Assembly (NCBI GenBank): GCA_965205975.1
Contig: OZ242195.1
Span: forward strand, 2,240,001 to 2,304,000
Source of the DNA: Candidatus Latescibacterota bacterium
GTDB taxonomy: Bacteria; Latescibacterota; UBA2968
Direction: 5' to 3'
Length of the DNA: 64,000 bases
The notes beneath the pieces are model-generated. The model ran no database searches. It was given only the letters and a program-made list of their open reading frames with translations, and was not told the origin of the DNA. The translations under genes and the position numbers were made by a program. Shown here piece after piece: positions 59,210 through 64,000 of the stretch. The number at the start of each line of letters is the position of its first letter. Positions within the stretch are counted from its first letter, which is position 1.

Positions 59210-61801
59210 ATGAATAGTATGTTTTCAGACCAGGTAAAGCAGGTCATGCAACTCGCTCGCGAAGAGGCAGCGCGCCTGGGACACAATTACATCGGTACCG
59301 AGCATTTGCTGCTGGGCATCATACGCGGGGGTAAAAGTACGGCCGTTCAGGTGTTGACAAATCTAAATTTAAATCTCGAAAGTATCAAGCAATCCATTGA
59401 CGATTTTGTCGCTTCTTCTGGCAGTTCAATGACGATGGGTGAAGTGCCTTTTACGCCCCGTGCAAAGCAAATTCTCGAAATCGCTGCCAATGAAGCCAAA
59501 GAAATGAAAAGCCGAGTCGTGAGAACCAGCCATCTGCTGTTGGCACTATTAAAAGATAAAGACGGGGTTGCCGCACAGATTTTGGTCACATTCGGCGTAG
59601 ATCACAGAACCGCTAAGGAGGAGGTGATTGCCGTTTTGCAGGGAAAATCTTCGTCGGGTAGGCGCGAAAAAAGAAAAAGCAAAACGCCTTTCCTCGATCA
59701 TTTCGGACGCGATTTAACCGATCTGGCGCGGCAGGGCAAATTGGATCCGACTATCGGTCGCGATCGCGAAATCGAACGGGTTTCACAGGTGCTGGCCAGA
59801 CGTAAAAAGAACAACCCGGTGCTGGTAGGCGAACCCGGTGTGGGCAAAACTCAGATCATCGAAGGATTGGCACAGCGCATTGTGGAACGGCGAGTCCCAC
59901 AAATTTTGCTGGACAAGCGCGTGGTCACGCTCGATATGGGTGGCATTGTCGCCGGTACAAAATATCGAGGGCAGTTTGAAGAGCGTCTTAAAGCCGTGAT
60001 GAATGAACTGCAACAAAGTCAGAATGTGATCATTTTTATCGATGAGTTGCACACTATTGTCGGCGCCGGCAGTGCCGAGGGTACGCTCGATGCTTCTAAT
60101 ATGTTTAAGCCCTCTCTCTCCCGCGGCGAATTGCAGTGCATTGGTGCAACAACCTTAGACGAATATCGAAAATATATTGAAAAGGATGGCGCGCTTGAGC
60201 GACGGTTCCAGACGATTGTGGTCGATGCGCCTTCAGTGGATGAAACCATTGAAATCCTCAAGGGACTAAAAGACAGTTATGAAACACATCACAAAGTGTC
60301 TTTTTTACCCGAATCTATCGAAGCAGCGGCGCAAATGGCCGACCGCTATATCAGCGATCGGCACTTGCCCGACAAGGCCATTGATGTGATCGATGAAACG
60401 GGAGCGCGGGTGCGATTGTCCCGTCTCAACCCCCCCGAAGAGATCAAAGAAATCGAGATGGCTATTGGCGAGATTACGAGAAAAAAAGATATAGCTGCCG
60501 AAAATCAGCAATTTGAAGAGGCGGCCAGCTTGCGCGACCGCGAGCGAGAACTCAAAAGCGAACTCGAAAATATGCGCCAGGCGTGGGAAGTACAGGTAAC
60601 AGATGATGTGGTAGATGTGACAGAAGAACACATTGCCGAAGTGATTTCGAGCATGACGGGCATTCCCGTGTTTCGGCTGGCACAGGCCGAGTCCGAAAGA
60701 CTGATCAACATGGCGTCCGAGTTACAAAAGCGCGTGATCGGTCAAGAAGAAGCTGTTTCTACGGTGTGTCGCTCCATTCGGCGCACGCGCGCAGGTCTCA
60801 AAGATCCCAATCGCCCAATCGGCACGTTTTTGTTTCTGGGTCCCACGGGTATTGGCAAAACGTATTTGGCGCAAGCACTGGCACAGTATCTGTTTGACGA
60901 TGAAGACGCTCTCGTAACCGTAGATATGTCGGAATATATGGAGAAATTTGCGGTATCTCGGCTCGTGGGTGCACCACCTGGTTATGTGGGATACGACGAG
61001 GGCGGACAGCTAACGGAAAAAGTGCGCCGGCGTCCCTATTCGGTGGTTTTGCTCGATGAAATTGAAAAAGCTCATCCCGATGTGTTCAATATCCTCTTGC
61101 AGGTATTGGATGAAGGGCGTTTGACAGATAGCTTTGGGCGCAAGGTAAATTTCAAAAATACCATTTTGATTATGACATCCAATCTGGGGACCAAAGATCT
61201 GCAAAATGCAGGTGGCTTGGGGTTTGGTCGATCAGATAAAAAATCAATTCGCGAAAAAATGGAAGAGCGCATCAACGAAGAGGTCAAAAAGACATTTAAT
61301 CCCGAGTTTATCAACCGCCTGGATGAAACGGTAATTTTCAATCCGCTGGATCGAAAGGAAATTATTCAGATCGTCGATATCGAGCTTGAAAAAATTCTCG
61401 CGCGCGTTGCAGAACGCGATATCGAGGTACGCCTCACACAAGGAGCCAAGAGCTTAATCGCCGAGAAAGGCTATGATCCGACTTATGGCGCGCGGCATCT
61501 GCGGCGCACCATTCAAAAGATGATTGAAGATCCCCTGGCCGAAGAGATCATTATGGGCCATTTTTCGGATGGATGCAGCGTTCGGGTGAGCAAAAAAGGC
61601 GATGCACTCAACTTTGAGGGACATTCTATCGCGAAAGAAGAACCGGAAGACACGGCCGAAGTGCAGATGAGTGAAAAAAACAATAATCTCAAATTCGCCG
61701 ATGAGAGCGAAGCCAGTGATCTCAGTAAGAAAGTAGGAGACCAGGACAAATCGGGAGATCCTGTCGGCGAAGAGGAAGTGGTAAACAAGGACAAAGCATG
61801 A
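59210..61801 (+). CDS. clpC: ATP-dependent Clp protease ATPase subunit
   Basis: Clp-N repeats, [11 protein letters not shown] region, [17 protein letters not shown]. Confidence 0.95.
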   Translation: MNSMFSDQVKQVMQLAREEAARLGHNYIGTEHLLLGIIRGGKSTAVQVLTNLNLNLESIKQSIDDFVASSGSSMTMGEVPFTPRAKQILEIAANEAKEMKSRVVRTSHLLLALLKDKDGVAAQILVTFGVDHRTAKEEVIAVLQGKSSSGRREKRKSKTPFLDHFGRDLTDLARQGKLDPTIGRDREIERVSQVLARRKKNNPVLVGEPGVGKTQIIEGLAQRIVERRVPQILLDKRVVTLDMGGIVAGTKYRGQFEERLKAVMNELQQSQNVIIFIDELHTIVGAGSAEGTLDASNMFKPSLSRGELQCIGATTLDEYRKYIEKDGALERRFQTIVVDAPSVDETIEILKGLKDSYETHHKVSFLPESIEAAAQMADRYISDRHLPDKAIDVIDETGARVRLSRLNPPEEIKEIEMAIGEITRKKDIAAENQQFEEAASLRDRERELKSELENMRQAWEVQVTDDVVDVTEEHIAEVISSMTGIPVFRLAQAESERLINMASELQKRVIGQEEAVSTVCRSIRRTRAGLKDPNRPIGTFLFLGPTGIGKTYLAQALAQYLFDDEDALVTVDMSEYMEKFAVSRLVGAPPGYVGYDEGGQLTEKVRRRPYSVVLLDEIEKAHPDVFNILLQVLDEGRLTDSFGRKVNFKNTILIMTSNLGTKDLQNAGGLGFGRSDKKSIREKMEERINEEVKKTFNPEFINRLDETVIFNPLDRKEIIQIVDIELEKILARVAERDIEVRLTQGAKSLIAEKGYDPTYGARHLRRTIQKMIEDPLAEEIIMGHFSDGCSVRVSKKGDALNFEGHSIAKEEPEDTAEVQMSEKNNNLKFADESEASDLSKKVGDQDKSGDPVGEEEVVNKDKA

Positions 61802-61823
61802 TCGTGAAGGTGCGGTCAATACC

Positions 61824-61855
61824 CAAACGGCCCGGACTCCCGTCCGGGCTGTTTG
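61824..61855 (+). terminator. Hairpin after clpC
   Basis: CAAACGGCCCGGAC-TCCC-GTCCGGGCTGTTTG. Confidence 0.65.
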
Positions 61856-61939
61856 TCGTACGGTCGGAACATTTTTCCATGTTGGGCGTTTGAGGCTTAC
61901 AAAGTCCCAATAATCTGTTTTAGATAGGTATTTCGCAAC

Positions 61940-64000
61940 GTGAAAAAATTTTGTACATACAATTTTTTAGTCCTCATTGTACTATTGGGCGGGAGCACGG
62001 GCGCACAAGAAGGCCCGGTGATTCAGGAGATCCGCATTCGAGGCAATGATTGGGTCGAGATTTCTTTTATCGAATCTCAAAGCGGCTTATTCAAAGGACA
62101 GAATCTGGTAGAAGGCGAAGTCGCGCGGGTGATCCGCAATCTTTATAAAAGCGGTCTGTTTTCCGACATAAAGATCTCTATAGATAAGGTGCCAGAGGGT
62201 GTGGCTGTCATTATTGATTTGAAAGCCGTGCCGCGTTTGGGTGAGGTGATCTTTAAGGGCAATCGCGCAATAAAGGATAAGACACTAAAGCGCGAATCGA
62301 AATTGACTGAAGGCCAGTTAATAAAGCACCGAGAAAAAAAGAGAACGGTCAACAAGCTGGTCGCGCTCTATCGCAAAAAGGGCTATTTGCTCGCCTCAGT
62401 AGATGTACAAGAAGAGGCGGTTGATAAAGATGGGCGATTGCCACTGACCTTTGAAATTCACGAGGGCGAAAAGGTCAATTTGAAAAAGATTCGTTTTCAC
62501 GGCAATACGGCATTGACCGGGAAGCAACTGCGCAAGCAAATGAAAGAGACCAAACAAGACGGCTGGTGGTTTGGGGGAGGTAAATACAGCGAGGAGACTT
62601 ATCCCGACGACAAAGAATTGGTCCTGGCCTTTTACCGGCAAAAAGGATATCGAGAAGCGGCAATTGTATCCGATAGCTTGTCCTATGGCCCAGATAAAAA
62701 AAATATGTACCTCGATATTGCGATCGAAGAAGGGCCGCTTTATCGCTTTGGCGCAGTGAGTTGGTCGGGCAATGAGAAAATCACCGATGCCGGTTTTTCT
62801 CACTTTATTGTAGTCGATTCAGGCGCGGTTTACAACGAAGAGCGCGTCTTAAAATCGCGAGAGCAATTGCAAAATGCCTATATGGACATTGGGCATATTG
62901 GCGCGCAGGTTTTTCCACAACAAAAACCCATTGAAGGTCACGTCGTCAATGTGCATTTTGACGTAGTCGAAAAAGATCCGTGGACAATTCGCAAAATTTT
63001 GATTACGGGCAATACCAAAACCAAAGACCGCGTGATTCGACGCGAATTGCGCGTGCGACCAGGTGATACGTTTAGCCGCGCACTTTTGGAACGCAGCGTG
63101 CGCGAAGTCATGCAACTCAACTTTTTCACCAATGTGTTGCCCGAACCTATTGCCGTAGAAGAAACATCAGAGATCGATCTCGAGTTCACCATAGAAGAAA
63201 AGTCAACGGGTACGGCGTCTATTGGGGCGGGGTATAGCGAACGCGACAAGCTCATTGGCACCATTGGATTGCAAATTCCCAATTTTAGAGGCAATGGACA
63301 ACAACTCGATTTTCAGTGGGAGTTTGGATCGCGCCGCGAAACCTTTAGCATTGGATTTACCGAACCGTGGTTCCGCAACACCCCCACGAGTATATCGGCA
63401 TCGCTGTTCCGAAGCACCATACGACTGGCAACTTATGGTGTAGCAGACTTCGACCAGCGTACAGAAGGCGGTGCATTTCGCCTCGGACGCAGACTGCGCT
63501 GGCCAGATTATTCGCGCATTTCTGGAGGATATCGCATCGAGAAGGTTGCTTTTATCAATTTTTCCGACAGTACAGATGTAAACAATCCCTTTTACCAGGA
63601 CAATATAACCAGCAGCATCAGCGCGAACTTGACCCGCGACAGCCGCGATTTGCCGATTTTTCCCACATCTGGAGGCGTAATTTCCTATTCGCCCGCATTG
63701 GCTGGCGGATTTTTGGGCGGTAATAGAGATTTTCACAAGCACGATATTGTCACGAGTTTTTACTTTCCCATATTCTGGCGATTGGCCTTAAATGTGCGAT
63801 CACAATTGGGCTTTGTCGCCAGTTATGGCACCGAGCGTGTCCCGTATCAGGAATTGTATCTGCCGGGTGGCGTTGACATTTTTGAAGGCACCATGTTGCG
63901 CGGTTATCCCGACCGCTCAATTGGCCCTCGTAATATTGCAGGGGAGCCAACTGGAGGTGTCGCCCAGTTGTTGTTTAACGCAGAGATCAGCATTCCCATT
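61940..64000 (+). CDS. bamA: Outer membrane protein assembly factor BamA (3'-truncated by window)
   Basis: Open frame from GTG 61940 to the window end. Signal peptide, POTRA motifs (IRIRGN, ITGNTKTKDRVIRREL), EEKSTG, NFRGNGQ, FTEPW, LRGYP. Confidence 0.92.
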   Translation, partial: MKKFCTYNFLVLIVLLGGSTGAQEGPVIQEIRIRGNDWVEISFIESQSGLFKGQNLVEGEVARVIRNLYKSGLFSDIKISIDKVPEGVAVIIDLKAVPRLGEVIFKGNRAIKDKTLKRESKLTEGQLIKHREKKRTVNKLVALYRKKGYLLASVDVQEEAVDKDGRLPLTFEIHEGEKVNLKKIRFHGNTALTGKQLRKQMKETKQDGWWFGGGKYSEETYPDDKELVLAFYRQKGYREAAIVSDSLSYGPDKKNMYLDIAIEEGPLYRFGAVSWSGNEKITDAGFSHFIVVDSGAVYNEERVLKSREQLQNAYMDIGHIGAQVFPQQKPIEGHVVNVHFDVVEKDPWTIRKILITGNTKTKDRVIRRELRVRPGDTFSRALLERSVREVMQLNFFTNVLPEPIAVEETSEIDLEFTIEEKSTGTASIGAGYSERDKLIGTIGLQIPNFRGNGQQLDFQWEFGSRRETFSIGFTEPWFRNTPTSISASLFRSTIRLATYGVADFDQRTEGGAFRLGRRLRWPDYSRISGGYRIEKVAFINFSDSTDVNNPFYQDNITSSISANLTRDSRDLPIFPTSGGVISYSPALAGGFLGGNRDFHKHDIVTSFYFPIFWRLALNVRSQLGFVASYGTERVPYQELYLPGGVDIFEGTMLRGYPDRSIGPRNIAGEPTGGVAQLLFNAEISIPI

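Overview
Chromosomal window from a diderm bacterium. An FCB/Gemmatimonadota/Latescibacterota-like, possibly host-associated lineage is my inference from gene content only. The backbone is housekeeping: glyA with a ZMP/ZTP riboswitch, priA, rodZ-like, maf, dtd, lptD-like, tRNA-Leu(TAG), lysA, larE, def, moaDE, tsaD, ftsK, lolA, prfB with its +1 frameshift, lysS, lolD, clpC and a partial bamA. Two accessory systems stand out. (1) 2386-12089: an RtcR/CARF-like sigma54 activator, a near-consensus sigma54 promoter, and three tandem, diverged two-gene cassettes (ABC/AAA ATPase of DUF3696 type plus a PLD-like H[DN]R protein), each behind a conserved non-coding leader. This is a candidate inducible, diversifying anti-phage array. 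(2) 19840-27742: a GC-rich island flanked by a 44-bp degenerate direct repeat. It encodes an RND transporter, a GPP34(GOLPH3)-cytochrome P450 fusion, an ERG6-type sterol C-24 methyltransferase and a Neverland/KshA-like Rieske oxygenase, which makes it a candidate bacterial sterol-remodelling module. A possible periplasmic adaptor for the RND lies 18 kb away, apparently inserted into a split bidirectional terminator. All functional calls come from motifs read by eye; no database searches were run.
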